A stretch of DNA of 61,139 nucleotides, filler included, from Sluysia triapertura (Eukaryota), in the NCBI GenBank assembly GCA_046118255.1. It is 5 parts of 5 records of this genome, joined end to end, with 100 filler letters (N's around TTAATTAATTAA, not from the genome) between each part and the next. Parts side by side here need not be neighbours in the genome. Positions count along the whole stretch, not along the records: positions 36,847 to 48,323 come from JBJNIA010184324.1; positions 48,424 to 61,139 come from JBJNIA010087465.1; 3 more parts are not named here. One strand, written 5' to 3'. The notes below the pieces were generated by a model. It was not told the DNA's origin and made no database searches. It worked only from the letters and a program-made list of their open reading frames with translations. This document shows, piece after piece, positions 38,681 to 50,970 of the stretch (position 1 is its first letter; the number at the start of each line of letters is the position of its first letter). A program made the position numbers and the translations under genes.

Positions 38681-41600
38681 GTATGTTTTATTTAAATTAA
38701 AAAATTTTAATTACACTAATTCATTTCTAAATTTGATTTATTAATGAAATTTAATCGTTGCATACATAAGATTAGTTATGATGTTTAATGTTGATTGTCG
38801 TTTCAAATTTATTTAGATTTTTGTTAATTTTTACTCTGTGGAATAATTATTAAGTGAAATGGGCATTTAAAATGGAAAACATTAAATAAATGTAAAAACG
38901 GTAATTTAATTGAATATATAAACTTAAAAAAGTGACGCTAAAGATATAACTAGATATATCTACTAAGTTTAAAGAAAGTATAAATTTTACAAATCTAAAT
39001 TATAAACTGTGTATTTATCAAAACTAAAGATGTATAGTTAAATTTAAAAAGTTTAAATTAAATGAAATTATTTCAAATATGGACCTATCAATACATGCAC
39101 TAAAAAATCAATGAAAAAAAATTGAGTCATTGATAAAAATAATAACGAAGTCACTGATAATTCAATATTTTAATTTATCAATTTTATAATTAAATTTATG
39201 TTTTATCAAAATTTTATATTACATTAATCATTCAAACTACAACAAAACTTACGCAAAATGGATCATCAATAAAGGATAGGTTCTGTTATTAGTTCAATAT
39301 AATATTCACGAGTTGTTCAATAAAATTTCTCCAAGCGTTGTTATTCACTAATAATTCAGTGACAGCGCTTCGCAAAATTGTCTATTCAGTATTTTCAGAA
39401 GGTCGATGCTTAGGTTCGTAAATACTTTAATATTTCAAATTTTCCAATCATCCATCAACTTAGCATATGAGTGTTTTTTGTTTTTTGATGATGCTTTTTA
39501 TAATTATTTTTATTTTGAACTGAAATTGGAATTCTTTGCGATATATTTTGATTTAGATTGTTTTAATGTTGTTGTAATGTAGTAATAATCTAAAATTTTC
39601 AGTTATGTACAGTTATAAATTTCAGTATTAAACTTCAGTTTTGTTTTATGATTTTAATTTGAATGACAAAATATGTATAATAACTCATATACATACAATT
39701 TTTTAGTTTGAGTGATATAAAATGCATAATAGTAATTCACATACTATATTAATCATTCGTCACAATAAAATTCGCATTATTTCAGTTTGAATGATATTAT
39801 TATTATTATTTTTTGTAGAAAATAATGTTTTAATGTATTACTTCTCTCTATTTTATCTAATCTTTAATTTAAAGTGGTTTTTATCGAATATAATTATGAT
39901 TAAATTTTGATTACATATTATCTCTATTTAACCCTAATTTAACATGATATTATTTATTTAATTAACTGTTATGGTAAGGTTTAATGTTTACAAATTTTGA
40001 TTTCTTGTTGTCTCCATGCAATCTTAATTTTAATTAATTTAATTACAATTTTGATTTAAAGTGGTTGTTACTAAATTTTGATTTTATATTATCTCTTTGT
40101 AATCTCAATTTAAAATAGTTATTCTATAGAAACATGATCTTTACAAAACAATTATAATAAAATGACAATTTTATAATAATTAATAGTAAACATTAAAATG
40201 ATGAAAATTAAAATGAGCATTATATTTAAATCACGATACTTAAATATTGAAAACATACATCACATAATCATTCCATAATTCAAAAATATAAAACAAAATG
40301 TAAAACTAATTTTAATCTTTGTAAATTACAATTTAATTCATAATCAATTTAATTGTTAAACCATGGTTTATTTCTTCATAGTTTATGTTCAACAATATTT
40401 ACTCAACTATTTAATTCCCAGCGTTACCCATTAAAGTATGCTGGTTTCAAACAAGTCAAATATAATATAATATTATACAAAATATGATTATGAAATCACA
40501 TTTCATAAATCTTTTTTACTTTATGCAATTCACATCAATCTATAATTCGAACTATCACAGCTTTAGGACTTATAAGTATATGTACATAATTTGACTCAAA
40601 ATTACTACACCATTACTAAGAGTATAACTACAGAACTATCTTTTCTTATAAAATTCTCTTAAATAGTCTTTAAGAACACACGTGTATAACGCCAAAATTT
40701 ATTTCAAAAATGAATTAAATCAAAGAAATAATGAAACCAATTGAAAGATTTGTGCTCATTTTACTTTAATTTTTTAATCTTAGTTTCGAATCGGTAATTA
40801 TTTTGAATCTCAATTTTAATTTATCTGATTTTATTTTTGTTACTATAAATTTTATTTTCAAAAGATTCGAAGTCGGCTTATGGTCTGGCACAATTGAATA
40901 ACAGTATTTTACGGGGTTGATTGTCCTTGAATAATAAGAAAAAATAAATTGGAAAATTAATTAAATCTGAAAAAACTACATACTTACTGAGTATATAATC
41001 AAGAACAATAAAATTAAGATTATTGTTTCTAATATTGACATCCGTCAGGAATTTACAATTGTAAAACATAATAGTGCAGGATTTGATTTCCTTGTTAACC
41101 GAACAGCAACATAATAACTAAATTAACGATTGAGTGTACAGTTGATTCCGATCACATTTTAATTATTGTTTTAGCAGCAATATAACTGAGATCTAAATAA
41201 TCTATTGTAAGGGGTCATAAAAAATTATTTGTAATTCATAAACTAAATCTAAATCTTGAATATAGTAAATATAAACTTTTCAATTATTTCAAGCTTGAGG
41301 TTATCATATAATTTCAACTGGATTAACAAAAATGAAAGGTTCTTTCCTTGTCGATTCCTTAATCATTTCATCATTTAAAACCAATAATAAAAATTTTACT
41401 TGATCGTATTTCAATCAAGATTAAAAATTGTGTATCTTGAAATCTTCTATGTTTAGTACAATTTGACAAACATCCAAGGCATTATACAGCTTACATTACT
41501 TTTGTCAAATAATATTTATTAAATAATAATAAAACAATAAAAATATTTTCTTAGTTATTCTTAATTATTATTATTATTTTTTTTATTATTATTATAACAA

Positions 41601-41879
41601 TAATTTTAAAATGTATTGATTTTTCAGTTTCATGTGCTTCGTATTATTAAAATTTGTTTTATGTTTCAAGATATTGTTAGATTTTAGTGCTAATTTTTAA
41701 TTTAATTGTTTCAAGCTAATTAAAGTCGGCTTAGGGCCTGGTAAAACCCTAAATCAATAAATTAAGAGACCAATAAATTCAATAACGAAGTAACGCAACA
41801 ATAATAAATTCAAAAACCAACAAAGACAAATGATGAATAACCGTGTGGTGTCCCAGCCATCTCTAGTAATTTTGTTACC

Positions 41880-42860
41880 ACTCAACTACATAAAATTTCA
41901 CATAAAATTCAAGTCACACATTGTCATCTTACTACATCCAGTACAAGTTACAAAATTTTCACCAAATTATTGACATTAAAATCATAATGATTATTATTAT
42001 TAATGATTTTGTATTACGTTTAGACTTTACGTATAATTTTGTAACTGTCCATATTTATTCTTGCAATTGTGGTGGCCAACCCAATATTTTAAAGTTTTAT
42101 TTTCATAACACGCAACAAATCACTAGTCAAAATATTTCATAATTCTTAATACTCCTAAACATAAAATTATATAACATCAAATTCACATCAATACCGAAAA
42201 TCATCAAAGATTTACTTTAAAAATTAATTCATAACAGTACAAACTTAATTCAACATATTTCACATAAAATCACATTCCATAACATTTTAACATATAAACC
42301 TTTCCATATTTTATTTTTTCTACTTCCACTAAAACCTTATCCTAACTTTCTCAAAATATTTCTATTTCATTCTTCATAATACATTCACTTTCAGATTAAT
42401 AACAGACATTCAAAAAATTCATTATAAACATTTTACTCATAGTTTCATATCAACATAACCATAATCACATTTGTTAACATCTTAAAGTTACAATTCCAAA
42501 CTCCAACAACAAATATATCATTCAAAACCATTAATGCACATCAAATTTATATTTAAAATGTTTCTAATTCACAAGTTTTCATTGTCCAAACTTTCTCTTC
42601 AGTCAAAACCACCCATCTTCATTTAAAAATCCATTTAAAACACGTTATTCATTATTTCATAACATCAAAATTACACCTTAATCATTTAAAAATTTACTTA
42701 AAACAATTTATTCTTTATCACATAACATTAGAATCAAAATTACACTTAATTTTATTGAAAAGGCGTCACATTAATTTATAACATAAGTTTACAAAATCTC
42801 AACATTTAACCATTTTAGACATTCCAATTAAAATAACTTTATTCAAGATAGTAAGTCAAA
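41880..42860 (+). repeat. Strand-asymmetric (G-poor) LTR-like sequence
   Basis: Contains TGTGGTGGCCAAC...AACACGCAACA at 42068, matching the minus-strand TGTGGCGGCCAGC...AACACGCAACA that starts at 14579. Confidence 0.45.
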
Positions 42861-43252
42861 AGATTTATGTTGAGAATTAGGATTACATTAAAAGAAAGAT
42901 CTTGTTTTTTCTATAACATCAAAAAGATTTATCATTTAATTATTTTATCATTATTGTTATTTTATTTTGTTTTGTTCTTGCTTAATTCTAATTATCGTTA
43001 CTATTGTTATCGTTTAGTGTTGTTACTTTTATCATTTTTATTACCATTATTTTAATCAAACAAAACTTCATCGATACTATTTACTGTCAAGTGCTGACAG
43101 TCACAACTAAAATTTAATTGTTTGGCACATTCACTAATCCGTCTTTGCATTCAATATTCAATAATATAATTTTTACTGATCATCCAATTAATTTATTGTC
43201 TTACAATTATCAACACATACTTATGAATTATTTTTAGTTTAGTGCCTACAGT

Positions 43253-43314
43253 TCCATTGGTTGTCTAACCAGAGCGACTTTTTATACCATCGTTCTGGTT
43301 GAACAACCAATGGA
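43253..43314 (+). ncRNA. Pre-miRNA-like hairpin (candidate)
   Basis: 25-position stem with 22 Watson-Crick pairs, 2 G:U pairs and 1 mismatch, closing a 12-nt loop; 62 nt in total. Confidence 0.4.
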
Positions 43315-43496
43315 TAGTTCATTTTATTTATAAATGTGTGTTTACTGATAGGCAGAATAACATTTTCATGATACATTTAATGATAGTTAATAATTGAGAA
43401 CAAAATTTATAGTGCAAGTTTAATCAAGTTATACCATTTATTAAAAATTATACCATTTATACTAATACTAATAAAAAGAAAAGAAATTGTTTTATT

Positions 43497-44500
43497 TTGG
43501 CAGTATTTCAGAATATTAATGTTAATATGGTTATACTTAATAATTACCTGATAATTGTTAATGATATTGGGTACGTTGAAAAAGTGGTAATAAATAACTT
43601 CTGTTCTGCAGGCTTCTCTAAGCTGGGTGATACTTTGCCAGCATTTACTCAATCATTAAAAGGATTAGCTGACGCAGAACGTATTGAAATATTTGCTGAT
43701 GCATTACAAGAAATTTTCTCAACAGTTACCCATGATCTTGTACTTCGTCCAAACCGTACAATTATTATGAACAAAAGGAAAGATCAAATTTATTGTATCA
43801 ATCAAGATTTTCGAGATCATATACTGGACAAAATTCAGTAGAAAAATATCATTACCTTAGTTGATAAAGATACTAAATTTCCCATCAATTTTATATTAGA
43901 ACAAAGCATTAGTTTCAAAAAAGTGACTACATTAACTTACAGCGATCAATTAAATTTAATGTCAATGCTGAATGGACCTTACATAATGAAACATAGAGCG
44001 ATAAAAGTACGTGACAATACCTGGAGATTAAATAAAGCTATACTGAACCAATTTATGTTGATGTCTGTTAATTTGTTAGTAGATATTGATTTATTCGTAA
44101 TAACAAGTAAACTGTGCCCATCACAATAAAAAATTCAAACGTCAATACAGAAATTATTCGTTACAATTTACAGCATTCTGGTAATGAATTACAATGCATA
44201 AAGATATCAGTTCTAAACGATTCTAACAAACATTAAAAAACGGCCCTATGTCCGCACGTAACAACGGTAACCGGAGAATGCTCAAGATATTCCACAAGTT
44301 GTAGATGAACACAACTGATGAACTCCGAAAGTTTGGAAACAATTCAATGGATGCTATCCTACACCTGAACCGTATAGTCAAGCTCCTGTCAATTTCAAAC
44401 AATTCTTCAGTACAGATCGTTATATGAAAGAACGCAATATGCTCGAGGACGATTATGCAATTTTTCAATCTGATAGAGAGATACCAAATAACATAAAAGT
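43497..44500 (+). pseudogene. Decayed long ORF of unknown origin
   Basis: ORFs starting at 43497, 43923 and 44424 share one frame and are separated by stops. The first ~210 codons contain a single internal TAG. Coding-like composition. Confidence 0.55.
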
Positions 44501-46775
44501 ACATTTTAAATATCACTTTATTGATCTTAAATTAACAGTTTTCTTTTATTTATTTAGTAAAAATTGTGTTTTATCCAAGTGGTGTTTTCGGAAAACAATC
44601 GATGTAAAATTTACAACTTTTAGTTTAATCATTATAAATAAATATAGATTATTATATGAGTTCTTATTGTATTGTAACAGTTTAAAGCACTTTTTAAATA
44701 AAAATATTAATGAAATATAATTTCTTTTTTAAACTTAGTATCTTAACAAATTTTTATAAGTAAAATTCCATTAATAAATGTTCATAACGTAATTTTATTA
44801 ATATTGCATAATAAAACAAATCCATTTAGATCATCACAGCAATACCTTCTCTTATCAATTATCATTTGCCAAATAATGCTGTTTTGGTATTGCTTTTTGA
44901 TTTTTGATTATTAATTTTTGCAAAAATATACATAAAACCTACAAATTTCGATAATTTGTAAATTATGTTTGTTTTAATATTGAATAAAGGAGTAAAGATT
45001 GGAAAGTATAGAAATATTTCGAATTTTAAATAATTTTTTAAATGTTACAAAATTGTAATAAAGATAAGGTTAATTATAATAAATTTTTCTATTGAACCTG
45101 GTTGTAGTCTTTCATAAAATTGCAGAGAACCTTATTTTAAATTTATAATTGGTATGGCTTTGAATGTAGTTATCAATATAATGTCTAATCAAAGTGAAAT
45201 TCTTAAAGATGTTGATTTTTATTTTCTGGAAAGATTCATTTACATCATGATATTATATCACTTATTAAAGGTTTAAAATTGTATTTTAATTCAACAACTA
45301 AAAATATAGAAATACGTAGCTTGAATGTGAATATTCTGTAGTATTACTATAGGATTAAGTTTAATGACTTACAAGAATTACCATTACATGAAAGGGTAAT
45401 TCAAGTTTTTTGGTCTAGATAAACTTGGTTCTGATTCAAAATGTCACTCAGTGTATTACCATGGTGATTCTGACTCATTGTGATTATTCTCCTACGCTAC
45501 ATAATCATATGTTTCTCTTTATACTTTTGATTCATAGTTCTCCATCATCTCTGAATACTTATGATAATTTTGATACAAATTACACGTTTAGTACAAAGTC
45601 TCTATTAGAATGTATTGAAAGCTACTATAATGCTTCGATACTAGCAAGTAATACCAGATAATTTTCGCACTAAATACTACAAGCCTAAAAAGAAAATACT
45701 CATTTCAGAGATCATGCCCAAAAAGTAATGTGAGAATTAGGATCTCCGCTACAGAATATTATAAAACAGATGGTAAAATGAAAATTCATTCTTTTAAAAG
45801 ACAAAATGGATACAAATCACAATGGAAAATTGAGTTCAAAATGGAAAATATGATTATTTTTATAATTATTATTATCTTGAAATCGATATTATGTTCTGGC
45901 GTAAAGACTATACATTATCCAAATTTATATTACACGCGAATTTTCCTGCTGATTTTTTATTCAATACATATTTCAGGTGCTTCCTTAAATTAGAACTTAG
46001 AAAAGATCAATCGAAATCTGAAGTTGATCTTTGTCAGATTTACAAGTAATGAAGCTGGTTTCTAAAGCAGAAACAAAGATGTTTACTAAGATTCATACAG
46101 CGGGAGAACGTTTGTCTGAAAGAACTTCACATATTGTTAGTCCTTCAAGTTTTTATCATTCGTTGATAAATCCTTTTATTATTTTTTATTTTGTTACTTT
46201 TGTAGTATTTAAAGTGCATGTAATAAATGTCAATTTTCTATATTTTTATTTTTTGAATTTGGTAATCACGAACCTTAAGTTCCAAGATAATCGAGTAATA
46301 TAATTTTTGATATTAATTTCAAATTTAAATGTAATAGTGTTTACAAGATTTTTATCTAATTACAAACTGTAATCGGAATGACCTTTTCATGAAATTGGAA
46401 AAAATTAAATTTTGTTGATGCTAAATCGTGATGAAAATCTGAATTCGAATGATTGTATTGACTGGTATTGCTAACTACACTGAACCATAAAATATATAAT
46501 TCACTCTATTTTTAAGTGCGAAATGATATTTTAGAAAATTTCTCATGGTACATCTAGAGATATCCTCTGCGGATCTATCATTACTTTACATTCTGAATTT
46601 ATTAATAACGTTTTTCTTAAACCATTTTGAAATTCATAGAAATAAAATTCATATCTCAAGATATGAATGAATATTTAGTTTCATAAATTCATAAGCCGCT
46701 ATTTTATTGTATTCAATATTACAAATAAACGTATATACATCCAAATAACATACATTGTAATCATGTTTATCTTTT

Positions 46776-47112
46776 ACTAGCTGTACCCGTTCACGCGTTG
46801 TTGTGTTAAAAATCTGAACAAAAAGGCAGTTTTGATACATCAAATATAATATAATAATGATAAAATGTATACAATACATCAAAATGAAAATTAACGATAA
46901 AATTATACCTACATATATGTCATTCGAGTATAACTTATATATAAAACATATATATTCTTGGTTACCATAGTTGCACCTAGAACCCAAACTCTGATTAAAA
47001 AAATTTTAAAAACCTTCACGGGACATACCTAATAATTTTCCAAATTTTCACGGCGATTGGATGCATGGCTTTGCACATATATAATTATGATTTAATATAA
47101 CATTTATAAGAT
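46776..47112 (+). mobile_element. Helentron/HINE-like non-autonomous element
   Basis: Begins (T)ACTAGCTGTACCCG..CACGCGTTG. The distal AAAAACCTTC...CCAAATTTTCACGGCGATTGG and TATAAGATT end resemble DINE/HINE-like repeats. Confidence 0.45.
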
Positions 47113-47954
47113 TTATACTAAGTCTAACATTTCCATACAGAAATTTGATTCTACTAATTGATGTGTTAAAAACAAATAAACATAAATACATAATAATAAT
47201 TTAAACATTTCAGTAACTACTGTCAGATACAAAGTTATATACATTTTTAAAAAAATCAACACCTCTTTTAATTAATTGCAATTTGATAATGATTATAATA
47301 AAAATAATAGCGTCAAAATTATAAATTGCAATTAATATTAAATGAAAAATCTTGATTATGATGAAGTAAATAGAAATATTATGACGAATTAATTTAAAAA
47401 TAATTTAAATTTATATAACTGAATATTGAAATTAATTTATAAACATTAAGAGTACATCATATGCATAATTTATGAAGCAAGGATGTGCGTGTGTTTAACT
47501 ATTGGTATCCTTGCAATTTCTAAATGTTGATTCTATGAAATGTTCGACTTATGTGAATGAATGATTTTTTTAACAAAAAATGAAAATTGCTGTAAATGTA
47601 TTTTTGTTAAAATTTAAATTTATTTAAATAAAGTAGATTTATAAAGTTAATATGACTCAAATCATGAGAATCAAACATTAATTCTTTTAATATTTGTAAA
47701 ATATTTTTTGTTTTACTATTTTGGTTTAGTTTTTATTTCTTATGCATAATAATTTATGGAAATTTATATTAAATGGTGACAATAACAATAATAGTAATAA
47801 TATATTAATTAAGAAAATGATAAAAAATTTTAAAATTTGGCGACCTAAAGTAAACACATAAACAACAATAATAATAACAATAAACAGAAAACAATAACAG
47901 TAAATAATGAAAAATAGGAAAGTTTAAGTGTTGATGATGTTAGACTTCAATAAA

Positions 47955-48034
47955 TGGACTGAGCGGGAATCGAACCCAGGACCTCTCGCTTCACAGCTGT
48001 ACAGTTCGATGTTCTATCGATAAGTTATCAGTCC
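47955..48034 (-). tRNA. tRNA-Ala-like repeat copy (pseudogene with an 8-nt insertion in the anticodon arm)
   Basis: GGACTGATAACTTATCGATAGAACATCGAACTG...GCGAGAGGTCCTGGGTTCGATTCCCGCTCAGTCCA; the shared 5' flank extends to ~48106. Confidence 0.65.
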
Positions 48035-48218
48035 CGTCTAACAATTTTGTTTTACAGTCAGTTGTAACATCATCATTCTATGACACTTTAGGCCTCTACC
48101 CCAACAATGATAGCAGAATAGAAAGATAGTAATGATACGATGAGAACAATGTACTAATAACAATAATTTTAAGAATACACAGTAATAGTAATTTCAATGG
48201 TAGAATTAAATTTTAGTT

Positions 48219-48220
<2 letters not shown>

Positions 48221-48261
<41 letters not shown>
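48221..48261 (+). repeat. (TA)n microsatellite
   Basis: Seen directly. Confidence 0.98.
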
Positions 48262-48264
<3 letters not shown>

Positions 48265-48323
48265 TGTGTAAATGTTGTGCTAAGTATTGTTATCATTATT
48301 TTATCTGTTTTGAAATTGAGTTG

Positions 48324-48423
48324 NNNNNNNNNNNNNNNNNNNNNNNNNNNNNNNNNNNNNNNNNNNNTTAATTAATTAANNNNNNNNNNNNNNNNNNNNN
48401 NNNNNNNNNNNNNNNNNNNNNNN
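48324..48423. other. Artificial contig-joining linker
   Basis: N44-TTAATTAATTAA-N44. Confidence 0.98.
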
Positions 48424-49279
48424 TTTTTTAAGTCGCTTTAAAATCCTACGAGAACGTCCTTTTATATAAGATAAAACGTTTATCGTAGGCGAACCCATTT
48501 AAGAGTATTCATAATTGTTCTCGTTAGAAGTAAAAACAGAACATTTTAATGTTAGAAGTAATTTAAGTAAAAATAGATTGATAGAATAAAAAGAAATCAT
48601 GTTTGATACTAAATCAGATAATAAATCAGTTTTGTACCTAATGAAATTTGACAGAGTGTACCTTGTAATTGTCAAAGTTGTTATTGTCTGTTTGATTCTC
48701 AGAGGTTTAGATGATTTATGAGAGAGTGTTTGATTGTGAAACTAGGAATTGATTGGATAATGAGAGTATAAAATAAAAATTTTGAACTTTTTACAACACA
48801 ATTAGACAATCACATTACAAGAAACCAGAGCTCGTTGAGAAAATCCATGCTTTGGGTAAGGATTATATATTTTATTTAATTTAAAACATTGAGCCCGAAG
48901 TCCCTGTGGCTCTGTACTTGAAATACATAAATAAATAATAAAGATAACTGGTAATGGCGATGATGAGGACTGATGCAACACAAGCGAAATATTACGTATT
49001 TGGTTACTATAATTTATCAAATTAATCTTATTTTATTACGAGATTTTGTGGCCTGAGATTTTATAATTTATGAATTATGTCGAGTACAATGAATTAATAA
49101 TGTATAACATTCATTTGATGTAATATAATAGCTGGTAAATTTAATGGTTAATAATTTAAATACATTTTAGCGTAGGATTTTTGTATTGCGTAAGTTGAAG
49201 TGGTGATATGTAGAATTATGAGTTGTGTGAATTTATATATGAGAATGACAATGGAATTATAGTGCGTGGTTGAAACATT

Positions 49280-50450
49280 ACATCATTCCCAACAAATGTT
49301 TCACATTAATAATCTACCGAGAAGCGAGCTCTCCATAAACATTGATAATGTATCTATTCCAGCTCTGAAAGATTGTGATAAAATCACTTACTTGGAGCTT
49401 CCTATTGATGGGGGCAACTTGAAAAAACAGAACCTTAATTCACTTTTACAGGAAAATCTGCAGTTTTCTCAAAAAATTGAATCTTGTAGTCTTCGTTGTA
49501 AGAACAAGTTTCTTATGTACCACAACTTTCTTCATTCCCGCCTTCCTTTACACCTTCGCAACCTTAATATTAATACTCAAAAGCAATCAAAGAATCATCC
49601 TCAAACTGTAGGTTATGATGAAAATTATCGTCAAATATTAAAACATTTCCTCTTAATAATAATTTCTTCTTTGTGCTTAAGAACCACGGTAGTCTTAGTC
49701 TCATCCTCCTACGATGACTATATGTGCCAAAATAGAGTCTGTGCCAAATGAAGAACCCTTGCGCTAAATGAACTGTTGAGAGTCGCTACAACATGTCTAA
49801 ACGAGGTTGCCAATACCTCTGATGCCTTGATGCGGTTAAATGGATGTTAAATCTGCGCAGAACCTTAACTTGTCTAAATATGAAGATCTGCGTGGAAAAT
49901 TATAATTGCAACTTAAGTGTCAGGCTTTCTCGATACATTTGTTGTTGGTTTCTTGTATCCTGATAATGACCCTATTCTTAAATCTTTGGGTTTTCACAAA
50001 GCAGAAATTAAGACTCTAGCTCGTCAGTGTGCTCAGCTTTCCCTAGAGTCTTCTTTAATATTTATAAGGACCACACCATCCAGTTTTCTGACGAACTAAT
50101 TTATTTCCTCTTGTATGTTTGAAAGTTTTCTTACAGAATATTTTATTTCTATTTCTTCTTTTTTACCGTCTGTTCATGTTCTGGTTCAATTTCAGTTTTC
50201 ATTTTTTAACTCTTTTTCTTCTCCTTCCCCACTAATTATTTCCTCATTTCAAATATTTTTCACTCGACACGTCACAATTGTCCAATCTATAACAATTCAG
50301 ACTATTGCAACCAATTCAACCGAGATCCAGTGGCATTAACTTTGAATTTTACAAATTAACATTAATTTGATCCCATTTTTTTAATTACCTTTGATTATTT
50401 ATACTTTGTACCATGTACTAAAAATAAAAGTTTTCAATTCAATTCAATTC
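49280..50450 (+). mobile_element. 5'-truncated, internally deleted NeSL/Utopia-like (restriction-like endonuclease) non-LTR retrotransposon
   Basis: RT-thumb-like IDNVSIPALKDCDKITYLEL...KIESCSLRCKNKFLMYHNFLHSRL. C-terminal DTFVVGFLYPDNDPILKSLG...LARQCAQLSLESS resembles NeSL 'fvvGsLGsW.p.Nd..L..Lg'. Pyrimidine-rich 3' UTR, AATAAA at 50423 and a (CAATT)3 tail. Confidence 0.7.
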
Positions 50451-50498
50451 ATCGAACTGCGCAGGGTGAGGTCTCTGGTTCGATACCCGATCAGTCCA
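50451..50498 (+). tRNA. 3' part of the tRNA-Ala-like repeat fused to the retroelement tail
   Basis: ATCGAACTGCGCAGGGTGAGGTCTCTGGTTCGATACCCGATCAGTCCA followed by TTTTATGAA. Confidence 0.75.
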
Positions 50499-50603
50499 TT
50501 TTATGAATTTTAACGAATTTATTATATTAACGCATTATATTAAAAATTTCATGTAGTTAGTAAATTTATAGTAAAATTCATTAATTCAACATCGTTAATA
50601 ACG

Positions 50604-50970
50604 ATGAGTAAAATATCCCATTTATTCAAGAGCTTCCTAGGAGTGAAAAACATCCTTTTCTTTTATGCATACAAAAATCAAGGCGGTTTAAGCCTGATTT
50701 CTTCTTACGATGACCACATGTACCAGAATATATTATGCGCCTTCCGCCTATTTAATGGTCGAATAAACCTTATTCGTACCCTTGCCTTGCTTGAAATTTT
50801 TCGCGTCGCTAATGAGATTAAATAAAGTCGAAAACATTTCTGATGCTCTATCTTGGCTGAATGATAATAAACCCGATAAGCGTTTACGACTTCTGACACG
50901 AACGCTTGTAAATTTGAAATATTTTTCTGCTGTTCAATTACTAATACGTTTTTGTTATCATTTGATGTAA
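50604..50970 (+). mobile_element. Second, diverged fragment of a related non-LTR family
   Basis: FFYAYKNQGGLSLISSYDDHMYQN...RTLALLEIFRVA/LNKVENISDALSWLN is paralogous to SSYDDYMCQN...RTLALNELLRVATTCLNEVANTSDALMRLN at 49700-49845. Confidence 0.7.

Noticed and set aside
44314-44345. CTGATGA...GAAA hammerhead-like core (also at 1797 and 15598)
   Set aside because: I could not build stems I-III with the required GAAA-stem III-UH geometry.
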